Source: Eledone cirrhosa (taxonomy: Eukaryota). Taken from it: a stretch of DNA of 64,000 bases. Below the pieces are notes generated by a model. It searched no databases and was not told where the DNA came from. It worked only from the letters and a program-made list of their open reading frames with translations. Shown in pieces: positions 14,901 to 30,100 of the stretch (position 1 is its first letter; the number at the start of each line of letters is the position of its first letter). The position numbers and the translations under genes were made by a program. Location: NCBI GenBank assembly GCA_964016885.1, contig OZ024740.1, positions 21,204,001 through 21,268,000 on the forward strand, written 5' to 3'.

Positions 14901-17632
14901 AGACAGTATATCTTGGACTACATTAGAAAATGTACCATTACTTCTTTCAATGTGATATTATCAGACAGTATATCTTGGACTACATTTGACAATGTATCGT
15001 TCCTTCTTTCAATGTGATATTATCAGACAGTATACCTTGGACTACATTAGATAATGTACCATTCCTTCTTTCAAGGTGATATTATCAGACAGTATATCTT
15101 GGACTACATTAGACAATGTACCATTCCTTCTTTGAATGGGATATTATCAGACAGTATATCTTGGACTACATTAGACAATATACCATTCCTTCTTTCAATG
15201 TGATATAATCAGACAGTATATCTTGGCCTACATTAGACAATGTACCATTCCTTCTTTCAAGGTGATATTATCAGACAGTATATCTTAGACTACATTAGAC
15301 AATGTACCATTCCTTCTTTCAAGGTGATATTATCAGACAGTATATCTTGGACTACATTAGACAATGTACCATTCCTTCTTTCAAGGTGATATTATCAGAC
15401 AGTATATCTTGGGCTACATTAGACAATGTACCATTCCTTCTTTCAAGGTGATATTATCAGACAGTATATCTTGGACTACATTAGACAATGTACCATTCCT
15501 TCTTTCAATGTTATATTATCAGACAGTATATCTTCGACTACATTAGACAATATACCATTCCTTCTTTCATTGTGATATTATCAGACAGTATATCTTGGAC
15601 TACATTAGACAATGTATCATTACTTCTTTCAATGTCATATTATCAGACAGTATATCTTGGACTACATTAGACAATGTACCATTCCTTCTTTCAATGTTAT
15701 ATTATCAGACAGTATATCTTGGACAACATTAGACAATGTACCATTCTTTCTTTCAAGGTGATATTATCAGACAGTATATCTTAGACTACATTAGACAATG
15801 TACCATTCCTTCTTTCAAGGTGATATTATCAGACAGTATATCTTGGACTACATTAGACAATGTACCATTCCTTCTTTCAAGGTGATATTATCAGACAGTA
15901 TATCTTGGGCTACATTAGACAATGTACCATTCCTTCTTTCAAGGTGATATTATCAGACAGTATATCTTGGACTACATTAGACAATGTACCATTCCTTCTT
16001 TCAATGTTATATTATCAGACAGTATATCTTCGACTACATTAGCCAATATACCATTCCTTCTTTCATTGTGATATTATCAGACAGTATATCTTGGACTACA
16101 TTAGACAATATACCATTACTTCTTTCAATGTCATATTATCAGACAGTATATCTTGGACTACATTAGACAATGTACCATTCCTTCTTTCAATGTGATATTA
16201 TCAGACAGTATATCTTGGACAACATTAGACAATGTACCATTCTTTCTTTCAAGGTGATATTATCAGACAGTATATCTTGGACTACAGTAGACAATGTACC
16301 TTTCCTACTTTCAATGTGATATTATCAGACAGTATATCTTGGACTACATTAGACAATGTACCATTCCTTCTTTCAATGTGATATTATCAGACAGTATATA
16401 TTGGACAACATTATACGACGTACCATTCCTTCTTTCAATGTTATATTATCAGACTGTATATCTTGGACTACATTAGACAATATACCATTCCTTCTTTCAA
16501 TGTGATATTATCAGACAGTATATCTTGCACTACATTAGACAATGTATCGTTCCTTCTTTCAATTTGATATTATCAGACATTATATCTTGGACTACATTAG
16601 ACAATGTACCATTTTTTCTGCCAAGGTGATATTATCAGACAGTATATCTTGGACTACATTAGACAATGTACCATTCCTTCTTTCAATGTGATATTATCAG
16701 ACAGTATAACTTTGACTACATTAGACAAAGTACCATTCCTTCTTTCAATGTGATATTATCAGACAGTATATCTTGGACTACATTAGAGAATGTATCGTTC
16801 CTTCTTTCAAGGTAATAGTATGAGACAGTATATCTTGGACTACATTAGACAATGTACCATTCCTTCTTTCAACGTGATATTATCAGACAGTATATCTTGG
16901 ACTACATTTGACAATGTATCTTTCCTTCTTTCAATGTGATATTATCAGACAGTATATCTTGGACTACATTAGACAATGTACCATTCCTTCTTTCAATGTT
17001 ATATTATCACACAGTATATCTTGGACTACATTAGACAATGTACCATTCCTTCTTTCAATGTTATATTATCAGACAGTATATCTTGGACTACATTAGACAA
17101 TGTACCTTTCCTTCTTTCAACGTGATATTATCAGACAGTATATCTTGGACTTCATTAGACAATGTACCATTCCTTCTTTCAATGGGATATTATAAGACAG
17201 TATATCTTGGACTACATTAGACAATAGTCCATTCCTTCTTTCAATATGATATTATCAGACAGTATATCTTGGACTACATTAGACAATGTACCATTCCTTC
17301 TTTCAATGTGATATTATCAGACAGTATATCATGGACTACATTATATAATGTACCATTCCTTCTTTCAATGTTATATTATCAGACTGTATATCTTGGACTA
17401 CATTAGACAATATACCATTCCTTCTTTCAATGTGATATTATCAGACAGTATATCTTGGACTACATTAGACAATGTACCATTCCTTCTTTCAATGTGATAT
17501 TATCAGACAGTATATCTTGGACTACATTAGACAATGTACCATTCCTTCTTTCAATGTGATATTATCAGACAGTATATCTTGGACTACATTAGACAATGTA
17601 CCATTCCTTCTGTCAATGTGATATTATCAGAC

Positions 17633-17719
17633 TGCCTAATGTAGTCCAAGATATACTGTCTGATAATATCACATTGAAAGAAGGAATGGTACATTGTCTA
17701 ATGTAGTCCAAGATATACT
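17633..17719 (-). repeat. 87-bp in-place inversion (lineage B)
   Basis: Same junctions, TGCC allele. Confidence 0.97.
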
Positions 17720-20700
17720 ATGTACCATTCCTTCTTTCAATGTCATATTATCAGACAGTATATCTTCGACTACAATAGACAATGTACCCTTCCTACTTTC
17801 AATGTGATATTAACAGACAGTATATCATGGACTACATTATACAATGTACCATTCCTTCTTTCAATGTTATATTATCAGACTGTATATCTTGGACTACATT
17901 AGACAATATACCATTCCTTCTTTCAATGTGATATTATCAGACAGTATATCTTGGACTACATTAGACAATGTACCATTCCTTCTTTCAATGTGATATTATC
18001 AGACAGTATAACTTGGACTACACTAGACAATGTACCATTCCTTCTTTCAAGGTGATATTATCAGACAGTATATCTTGGACTAAATTAGACAATGTACCAT
18101 TCCTTCTTTCAATGTTATATTATCAGACAGTATATCTTGGACTTCATTAGACAATATACCATTCCTTCTTTCAATGTGATATTATCAGACAGTATATCTT
18201 GGACTACATTAGACAATGTACCATTCCTTCTTTCAAGGTGATATTATCAGACAGTATATATTGGACAACATTAGACAATGTACCATTCCTTCTTTCAAGG
18301 TGATATTATCAGACAGTATATCTTGGACTACATTAGACAATGTACCATTCCTTCTTTCAAGGTGATATTATCAGACAGTATATCTTGGACTACATTAGAC
18401 AATGTACCATTCCTTCTTTCAATGTTATATTATCAGACAGTATATCTTCGACTACATTAGACAATATACCATTCCTTCTTTCAATGTGATATTATCAGAC
18501 AGTATATCTTGGACAACATTAGACAATGTACCATTCTTTCTTTCAAGGTGATATTATCAGACAGTATATCTTGGACTACAATAGACAATGTACCATTCCT
18601 ACTTTCAATGTGATATTATCAGACAGTATATCTTTGACTACATTAGACAATGTACCATTCCTTCTTTCAATGTGATATTATCAGACAGTATATCATGGAC
18701 TACATTATATAATGTACCATTCCTTCTTTCAATGTTATATTATCAGACTGTATATCTTGGACTACATTAGACAATATACCATTCCTTCTTTCAATGTGAT
18801 ATTATCAGACAGTATATCTTGGACTACATTAGACAATGTACCATTCCTTCTTTCAATGTGATATTATCAGACAGTATATCTTGGACTACATTATACAATG
18901 TACCATTCCTTCTTTCAATGTTATATTATCAGACTGTATATCTTGGACTACATTAGACAATATACCATTCCTTCTTTCAATGTGATATTATCAGACAGTA
19001 TATCTTGGACTACATTAGACAATGTATCGTTCCTTCTTTCAATGTGATATTATCAGACAGTATACCTTGGACTACATTAGACAATATACCATTCCTTCTT
19101 TCAATGTGATATTATCAGACAGTATATCTTGGACTACATTAGACAATGTACCATTCCTTCTTTCAAGGTGATATTATCAGACAGTATATCTTGGACTACA
19201 TTAGACAATGTACCATTCCTTCTTTCAAGTTGATATTATCAGACAGTATATCTTGGACTACATTAGACAATGTACCATTCCTTCTTTCAAGGTGATATTA
19301 TCAGACAGTATATCTTGGACTACATTAGACAATGTACCATTCCTTCTTTTAATGTTATATTATCAGACAGTATATCTTCGACTACATTAGACAATATACC
19401 ATTTCTTCTTTCAATGTGATTTTATCAGACAGTATATCTTGGACAACATTCGACAATGTACTATTCTTTCTTTCAAGGTGATATTATCAGACAGTATATC
19501 TTGGACTACAATAGACAATGTACCATTCCTACTTTCAATGTGATATTAACAGACAGTATATCTTGGACTACATTAGACAATGTACCATTCCTTCTTTCAA
19601 TGTGATATTATCAGACAGTATATCATGGACTACATTATACAATGTACCATTCCTTCTTTCAATGTTATATTATCAGACTGTATATCTTGGACTACATTAG
19701 ACAATATACCATTCCTTCTTTCAATGTGATATTATCAGACAGTATATCTTGGACTACATTAGACAATGTACCATTCCTTCTTTCAATGTGATATTATCAG
19801 ACAGTATATCTTGGACTACATTAGACAATGTACCATTCCTTCTTTCAATGTTATATTATCAGACAGTATATCTTGGACTACATTAGACAATGTACCATTC
19901 CTTCTTTCAATGTGATATTATCAGACAGTATATCTTGGGCTACATTAGACAATGTACCATTCCTCCTTTAAATGTGATATTATCAGACAGTATATCTTGG
20001 ACTACATTAGACAATGTACCATTCCTTCTTTCAATGTGATATTATCAGACAGTATATCTTGGACTACATTTGACATTGTACCATTCCTTCTTTCAATGTG
20101 ATATTATCAGACAGTATATCTTGGACTACATTAGACAATAGTCCATTCCTTCTTTCAATATGATATTATCAGACAGTATATATTGGACTACATTAGATAA
20201 TGTACCATTCCTTCTTTCAAGGTTATTTTATCAGACAGTATATCTTGGACTACATCAGAAAATGTACCATTACTTCTTTCAATGTGATATTATCAGACAG
20301 TATATCTTGGACTACATTTGACAATGTATCGTTCCTTCTTTCAATGTGATATTATCAGACAGTATATCTTGGACTACATTAGATAATGTACCATTCCTTC
20401 TTTCAAGGTGATATTATCAGACAGTATATCTTGGACTACATTAGACAATGTACCATTCCTTCTTTCAACGTCATATTATCAGACAGTATATCTTCGACTA
20501 CGTTAGACAATGTACCATTCCTTCTTTCAATGTGATATTATCAAACAGTATATCTTGGACTACATTAGACAATGTATCGTTCCTTCTTTCAATGTGATAT
20601 TATCAGACAGTATATCTTGGACTACATTAGACAATGTACCATTCCTTCTTTCAATGTGATATTATCAGACAGTATATCTTGGACTGCATTATACAATGTA

Positions 20701-23700
20701 CCATTCCTTCTTTCAATGTTATATTATCAGACGGTATATCTTGGACTACATTAGACAATATACCATTCCTTCTTTCAATGTGATATTATCAGACAGTATA
20801 TCTTGGACTACATTAGACAATGTACCATTCCTTCTTTCAATGTGATATTATCAGACAGTATATCTTGGACTACATTATGCAATGTACCCTTCCTTCTTTC
20901 AATCTGATATTATCAGACTGTATATCTTGGACTACATTAGACAATATACCATTCCTTCTTTCAATGTGATTTATCAGACAGTATATATTGGACTACATTA
21001 GACAATGTATCGTTCCTTCTTTCAATGTGATATTATCAGACAGTATATCTTGGACTACATTAGAAAATGTACCATTCTTTCTTTCAAGGTGATATTATCA
21101 GACAGTATATCTTCGACTACATTAGACAATGTACCATTCCTTCTTTCAATGTGATATTATCAGACAGTATAACTTTGACTACATTAAACAAAGTACCATT
21201 CCTTCTTTCAATGTGATATTATCAGACAGTATATCTTGGACTACATTAGACAATGTACCGTTCCTTCTTTCAATGTGATATTATCAGACAGTATATCTTG
21301 GACTACATTAGACAATGTACCATTCCTTCTTTCAATGGGATATTATCAGACAGTATATCTTGGACTACATTAGACAATATACCATTCCTTCTTTCAATGT
21401 GATATTATCAGACAGTATATCTTGGACTACATTAGACAATGTACCATTCCTTCTTTCAATGTTATATTATCAGACAGTATATCTTGGACTACATTAGACA
21501 ATGTACCTTTCCTTCTTTCAATGTGATATTATCAGACAGTATATCTTGGACTTCATTAGACAATGTACCATTCCTTCTTTCAATGTGATATTATCAGACA
21601 GTATATCTTGGACTACATTAGACAATGTACCATTCCTTCTTTAAATGTGATATTATCAGACAGTATATCTTGGACTACATTAGACAATGTACCATTCCTT
21701 CTTTCAATGTGATATTATCAGACAGTATATCTTGGACTACATTTGACATTGTACCATTCCTTCTTTCAATGTGATATTATCAGACAGTATATCTTGGACT
21801 ACATTAGACAATAGTCCATTCCTTCTTTCAATATGATATTATCAGACAGTATATCTTGGACTACATTAGATAATGTACCATTCCTTCTTTCAAGGTTATT
21901 TTATCAGACAGTATATCTTGGACTACATTAGAAAATGTACCATTACTTCTTTCAATGTGATATTATCAGACAGTATATCTTGGACTACATTTGACAATGT
22001 ATCGTTCCTTCTTTCAATGTGATATTATCAGACAGTATACCTTGGACTACATTAGATAATGTACCATTCCTTCTTTCAAGGTGATATTATCAGACAGTAT
22101 ATCTTGGACTACATTAGACAATGTACCATTCCTTCTTTGAATGGGATATTATCAGACAGTATATCTTGGACTACATTAGACAATATACCATTCCTTCTTT
22201 CAATGTGATATAATCAGACAGTATATCTTGGCCTACATTAGACAATGTACCATTCCTTCTTTCAAGGTGATATTATCAGACAGTATATCTTAGACTACAT
22301 TAGACAATGTACCATTCCTTCTTTCAAGGTGATATTATCAGACAGTATATCTTGGACTACATTAGACAATGTACCATTCCTTCTTTCAAGGTGATATTAT
22401 CAGACAGTATATCTTGGGCTACATTAGACAATGTACCATTCCTTCTTTCAAGGTGATATTATCAGACAGTATATCTTGGACTACATTAGACAATGTACCA
22501 TTCCTTCTTTCAATGTTATATTATCAGACAGTATATCTTCGACTACATTAGACAATATACCATTCCTTCTTTCATTGTGATATTATCAGACAGTATATCT
22601 TGGACTACATTAGACAATGTATCATTACTTCTTTCAATGTCATATTATCAGACAGTATATCTTGGACTACATTAGACAATGTACCATTCCTTCTTTCAAT
22701 GTTATATTATCAGACAGTATATCTTGGACAACATTAGACAATGTACCATTCTTTCTTTCAAGGTGATATTATCAGACAGTATATCTTAGACTACATTAGA
22801 CAATGTACCATTCCTTCTTTCAAGGTGATATTATCAGACAGTATATCTTGGACTACATTAGACAATGTACCATTCCTTCTTTCAAGGTGATATTATCAGA
22901 CAGTATATCTTGGGCTACATTAGACAATGTACCATTCCTTCTTTCAAGGTGATATTATCAGACAGTATATCTTGGACTACATTAGACAATGTACCATTCC
23001 TTCTTTCAATGTTATATTATCAGACAGTATATCTTCGACTACATTAGCCAATATACCATTCCTTCTTTCATTGTGATATTATCAGACAGTATATCTTGGA
23101 CTACATTAGACAATATACCATTACTTCTTTCAATGTCATATTATCAGACAGTATATCTTGGACTACATTAGACAATGTACCATTCCTTCTTTCAATGTGA
23201 TATTATCAGACAGTATATCTTGGACAACATTAGACAATGTACCATTCTTTCTTTCAAGGTGATATTATCAGACAGTATATCTTGGACTACAGTAGACAAT
23301 GTACCTTTCCTACTTTCAATGTGATATTATCAGACAGTATATCTTGGACTACATTAGACAATGTACCATTCCTTCTTTCAATGTGATATTATCAGACAGT
23401 ATATATTGGACAACATTATACGACGTACCATTCCTTCTTTCAATGTTATATTATCAGACTGTATATCTTGGACTACATTAGACAATATACCATTCCTTCT
23501 TTCAATGTGATATTATCAGACAGTATATCTTGCACTACATTAGACAATGTATCGTTCCTTCTTTCAATTTGATATTATCAGACATTATATCTTGGACTAC
23601 ATTAGACAATGTACCATTTTTTCTGCCAAGGTGATATTATCAGACAGTATATCTTGGACTACATTAGACAATGTACCATTCCTTCTTTCAATGTGATATT

Positions 23701-24637
23701 ATCAGACAGTATAACTTTGACTACATTAGACAAAGTACCATTCCTTCTTTCAATGTGATATTATCAGACAGTATATCTTGGACTACATTAGAGAATGTAT
23801 CGTTCCTTCTTTCAAGGTAATAGTATGAGACAGTATATCTTGGACTACATTAGACAATGTACCATTCCTTCTTTCAACGTGATATTATCAGACAGTATAT
23901 CTTGGACTACATTTGACAATGTATCTTTCCTTCTTTCAATGTGATATTATCAGACAGTATATCTTGGACTACATTAGACAATGTACCATTCCTTCTTTCA
24001 ATGTTATATTATCACACAGTATATCTTGGACTACATTAGACAATGTACCATTCCTTCTTTCAATGTTATATTATCAGACAGTATATCTTGGACTACATTA
24101 GACAATGTACCTTTCCTTCTTTCAACGTGATATTATCAGACAGTATATCTTGGACTTCATTAGACAATGTACCATTCCTTCTTTCAATGGGATATTATAA
24201 GACAGTATATCTTGGACTACATTAGACAATAGTCCATTCCTTCTTTCAATATGATATTATCAGACAGTATATCTTGGACTACATTAGACAATGTACCATT
24301 CCTTCTTTCAATGTGATATTATCAGACAGTATATCATGGACTACATTATATAATGTACCATTCCTTCTTTCAATGTTATATTATCAGACTGTATATCTTG
24401 GACTACATTAGACAATATACCATTCCTTCTTTCAATGTGATATTATCAGACAGTATATCTTGGACTACATTAGACAATGTACCATTCCTTCTTTCAATGT
24501 GATATTATCAGACAGTATATCTTGGACTACATTAGACAATGTACCATTCCTTCTTTCAATGTGATATTATCAGACAGTATATCTTGGACTACATTAGACA
24601 ATGTACCATTCCTTCTGTCAATGTGATATTATCAGAC

Positions 24638-24724
24638 TGCCTAATGTAGTCCAAGATATACTGTCTGATAATATCACATTGAAAGAAGGAATGGTACATT
24701 GTCTAATGTAGTCCAAGATATACT
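24638..24724 (-). repeat. 87-bp in-place inversion (lineage B)
   Basis: Same junctions; 7005 bp after 17633. Confidence 0.97.
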
Positions 24725-27055
24725 ATGTACCATTCCTTCTTTCAATGTCATATTATCAGACAGTATATCTTCGACTACAATAGACAATGTACCCTTCCTA
24801 CTTTCAATGTGATATTAACAGACAGTATATCATGGACTACATTATACAATGTACCATTCCTTCTTTCAATGTTATATTATCAGACTGTATATCTTGGACT
24901 ACATTAGACAATATACCATTCCTTCTTTCAATGTGATATTATCAGACAGTATATCTTGGACTACATTAGACAATGTACCATTCCTTCTTTCAATGTGATA
25001 TTATCAGACAGTATAACTTGGACTACACTAGACAATGTACCATTCCTTCTTTCAAGGTGATATTATCAGACAGTATATCTTGGACTAAATTAGACAATGT
25101 ACCATTCCTTCTTTCAATGTTATATTATCAGACAGTATATCTTGGACTTCATTAGACAATATACCATTCCTTCTTTCAATGTGATATTATCAGACAGTAT
25201 ATCTTGGACTACATTAGACAATGTACCATTCCTTCTTTCAAGGTGATATTATCAGACAGTATATATTGGACAACATTAGACAATGTACCATTCCTTCTTT
25301 CAAGGTGATATTATCAGACAGTATATCTTGGACTACATTAGACAATGTACCATTCCTTCTTTCAAGGTGATATTATCAGACAGTATATCTTGGACTACAT
25401 TAGACAATGTACCATTCCTTCTTTCAATGTTATATTATCAGACAGTATATCTTCGACTACATTAGACAATATACCATTCCTTCTTTCAATGTGATATTAT
25501 CAGACAGTATATCTTGGACAACATTAGACAATGTACCATTCTTTCTTTCAAGGTGATATTATCAGACAGTATATCTTGGACTACAATAGACAATGTACCA
25601 TTCCTACTTTCAATGTGATATTATCAGACAGTATATCTTTGACTACATTAGACAATGTACCATTCCTTCTTTCAATGTGATATTATCAGACAGTATATCA
25701 TGGACTACATTATATAATGTACCATTCCTTCTTTCAATGTTATATTATCAGACTGTATATCTTGGACTACATTAGACAATATACCATTCCTTCTTTCAAT
25801 GTGATATTATCAGACAGTATATCTTGGACTACATTAGACAATGTACCATTCCTTCTTTCAATGTGATATTATCAGACAGTATATCTTGGACTACATTATA
25901 CAATGTACCATTCCTTCTTTCAATGTTATATTATCAGACTGTATATCTTGGACTACATTAGACAATATACCATTCCTTCTTTCAATGTGATATTATCAGA
26001 CAGTATATCTTGGACTACATTAGACAATGTATCGTTCCTTCTTTCAATGTGATATTATCAGACAGTATACCTTGGACTACATTAGACAATATACCATTCC
26101 TTCTTTCAATGTGATATTATCAGACAGTATATCTTGGACTACATTAGACAATGTACCATTCCTTCTTTCAAGGTGATATTATCAGACAGTATATCTTGGA
26201 CTACATTAGACAATGTACCATTCCTTCTTTCAAGTTGATATTATCAGACAGTATATCTTGGACTACATTAGACAATGTACCATTCCTTCTTTCAAGGTGA
26301 TATTATCAGACAGTATATCTTGGACTACATTAGACAATGTACCATTCCTTCTTTTAATGTTATATTATCAGACAGTATATCTTCGACTACATTAGACAAT
26401 ATACCATTTCTTCTTTCAATGTGATTTTATCAGACAGTATATCTTGGACAACATTCGACAATGTACTATTCTTTCTTTCAAGGTGATATTATCAGACAGT
26501 ATATCTTGGACTACAATAGACAATGTACCATTCCTACTTTCAATGTGATATTAACAGACAGTATATCTTGGACTACATTAGACAATGTACCATTCCTTCT
26601 TTCAATGTGATATTATCAGACAGTATATCATGGACTACATTATACAATGTACCATTCCTTCTTTCAATGTTATATTATCAGACTGTATATCTTGGACTAC
26701 ATTAGACAATATACCATTCCTTCTTTCAATGTGATATTATCAGACAGTATATCTTGGACTACATTAGACAATGTACCATTCCTTCTTTCAATGTGATATT
26801 ATCAGACAGTATATCTTGGACTACATTAGACAATGTACCATTCCTTCTTTCAATGGGATATTATCAGACAGTATATCTTGGACTACATTAGACAATGTAC
26901 CATTTCTTCTTTCAAGTTGATATTATCAGACAGTATATCTTGGACTACATTAGACAATGTACCATTCCTTCTTTCAATGTGATATTATCAGACAGTGTAT
27001 CTTGCACTACATTAGACAATGTACCATTCCTTCTGTCAATGTGATATTATCAGAC

Positions 27056-27142
27056 TGCCTAATGTAGTCCAAGATATACTGTCTGATAATATCACATTGA
27101 AAGAAGGAATGGTACATTGTCTAATGTAGTCCAAGATATACT
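27056..27142 (-). repeat. 87-bp in-place inversion (lineage B)
   Basis: Same junctions, TGCC allele. Confidence 0.97.
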
Positions 27143-30100
27143 ATGTACCATTCCTTCTTTCAATGTCATATTATCAGACAGTATATCTTCGACTACAATA
27201 GACAATGTACCATTCCTACTTTCAATGTGATATTAACAGACAGTATATCTTGGACTACATTAGACAATGTACCATTCCTTCTTTCAATGTGATATTATCA
27301 GACAGTATATCTTGGACTACATTAGACAATGTACCATTCCTTCTTTCAAGGTGATATTATCAGACAGTATATCTTGGACTACATTAGACAATGTACCATT
27401 CCTTCTTTCAAGGTGATATTATCAGACAGTATATCTTGGACTACATTAGACAATGTACCATTCCTTCTTTCAAGGTGATATTATCAGACAGTATATCTTG
27501 GACTACATTAGACAATGTACCATTCCTTCTTTCAATGTTATATTATCAGACAGTATATCTTCGACTACATTAGACAATATACCATTCCTTCTTTCAATGT
27601 GATATTATCAGACAGTATATCTTGGACTACATTATACAATGTACCATTCCTTCTTTCAATGTTATATTATCAGACTGTATATCTTGGACTACATTAGACA
27701 ATATACCATTCCTTCTTTCAATGTGATATTATCAGACAGTATATCTTGGACTACATTAGACAATGTATCGTTCCTTCTTTCAATGTGATATTATCAGACA
27801 GTATACCTTGGACTACATTAGACAATATACCATTCCTTCTTTCAATGTGATATTATCAGACAGTATATCTTGGACTACATTAGACAATGTACCATTCCTT
27901 CTTTCAAGGTGATATTATCAGACAGTATATCTTGGACTACAATAGACAATGTACCATTCCTACTTTCAATGTGATATTATCAGACAGTATATCTTTGACT
28001 ACATTAGACAATGTACCATTCCTTCTTTCAATGTGATATTATCAGACAGTATATCATGGACTACATTATACAATGTACCATTCCTTCTTTCAATGTTATA
28101 TTATCAGACTGTATATCTTGGACTACATTAGACAATATACCATTCCTTCTTTCAATGTGATATTATCAGACAGTATATCTTGGACTACATTAGACAATGT
28201 ACCATTCCTTCTTTCAATGTGATATTATCAGACAGTATATCTTGGACTACATTATACAATGTACCATTCCTTCTTTCAATGTTATATTATCAGACTGTAT
28301 ATCTTGGACTACATTAGACAATATACCATTCCTTCTTTCAATGTGATATTATCAGACAGTATATCTTGGACTACATTAGACAATGTATCGTTCCTTCTTT
28401 CAATGTGATATTATCAGACAGTATACCTTGGACTACATTAGACAATGTACCACTCTTTCTTTCAAGGTGATATTATCAGACAGTATATCTTGGACTACAT
28501 TAGACAATGTACCATTCCTTCTTTCAATGTGATATTATCAGACAGTATAACTTTGACTACATTAGACAAAGTACCATTCCTTCTTTCAATGTGATATTAT
28601 CAGACAGTATATCTTGGACTACATTAGACAATGTACCATTCCTTCTTTCAAGGTGATATTATCAGACAGTATATCTTGGACTACATTAGACAATGTACCG
28701 TTCCTTCTTTCAATGTGATATTATCAGACAGTATATCTTGGACAACATTAGACAATGTACCATTCTTTCTTTCAAGGTGATATTATCAGACAGTATATCA
28801 TGGACTACATTATACAATGTACCATTCCTTCTTTCAATGTTATAATATCAGACTGTATATCTTGGACTACAGTAGACAATATACCATTCCTTCTTTCAAT
28901 GTGATATTATCAGACAGTATATCTTGGACTACATTAGACAATGTACCATTCCTTCTTTCAATGTGATATTATCAGACAGTATATCTTGGACTACATTAGA
29001 CAATGTACCATTCCTTCTTTCAATGGGATATTATCAGACAGTATATCTTGGACTACATTAGACAATGTACCATTCCTTCTTTCAAGGTGATATTATCAGA
29101 CAGTATAACTTGGACTACATTAGACAATGTACCATTCCTTCTTTCAACGTCATATTATCAGACAGTATATCTTCGACTACGTTAGACAATGTACCATTCC
29201 TTCTTTCAATGTGATATTATCAAACAGTATATCTTGGACTACATTAGACAATGTATCGTTCCTTCTTTCAATGTGATATTATCAGACAGTATATCTTGGA
29301 CTACATTAGACAATGTACCATTCCTTCTTTCAATGTGATATTATCAAGACAGTATATCTTGGACTGCATTATACAATGTACCATTCCTTCTTTCAATGTT
29401 ATATTATCAGACGGTATATCTTGGACTACATTAGACAATATACCATTCCTTCTTTCAATGTGATATTATCAGACAGTATATCTTGGACTACATTAGACAA
29501 TGTACCATTCCTTCTTTCAATGTGATATTATCAGACAGTATATCTTGGACTACATTATGCAATGTACCCTTCCTTCTTTCAATTTGATATTATCAGACTG
29601 TATATCTTGGACTACATTAGACAATATACCATTCCTTCTTTCAATGTGATTTATCAGACAGTATATATTGGACTACATTAGACAATGTATCGTTCCTTCT
29701 TTCAATGTGATATTATCAGACAGTATATCTTGGACTACATTAGAAAATGTACCATTCTTTCTTTCAAGGTGATATTATCAGACAGTATATCTTCGACTAC
29801 ATTAGACAATGTACCATTCCTTCTTTCAATGTGATATTATCAGACAGTATAACTTTGACTACATTAAACAAAGTACCATTCCTTCTTTCAATGTGATATT
29901 ATCAGACAGTATATCTTGGACTACATTAGACAATGTACCGTTCCTTCTTTCAATGTGATATTATCAGACAGTATATCTTGGACTACATTAGACAATGTAC
30001 CATTCCTTCTTTCAATGGGATATTATCAGACAGTATATCTTGGACTACATTAGACAATATACCATTCCTTCTTTCAATGTGATATTATCAGACAGTATAT

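Larger units (their letters stand above)
13009..26832 (+). repeat. Near-identical higher-order duplication, offset 7005 bp (about 13009-19827 vs about 20014-26832)
   Basis: Variant order and ORF-track entries recur at +7005 (13567/20572, 16908/23913, 19518/26523). Confidence 0.9.
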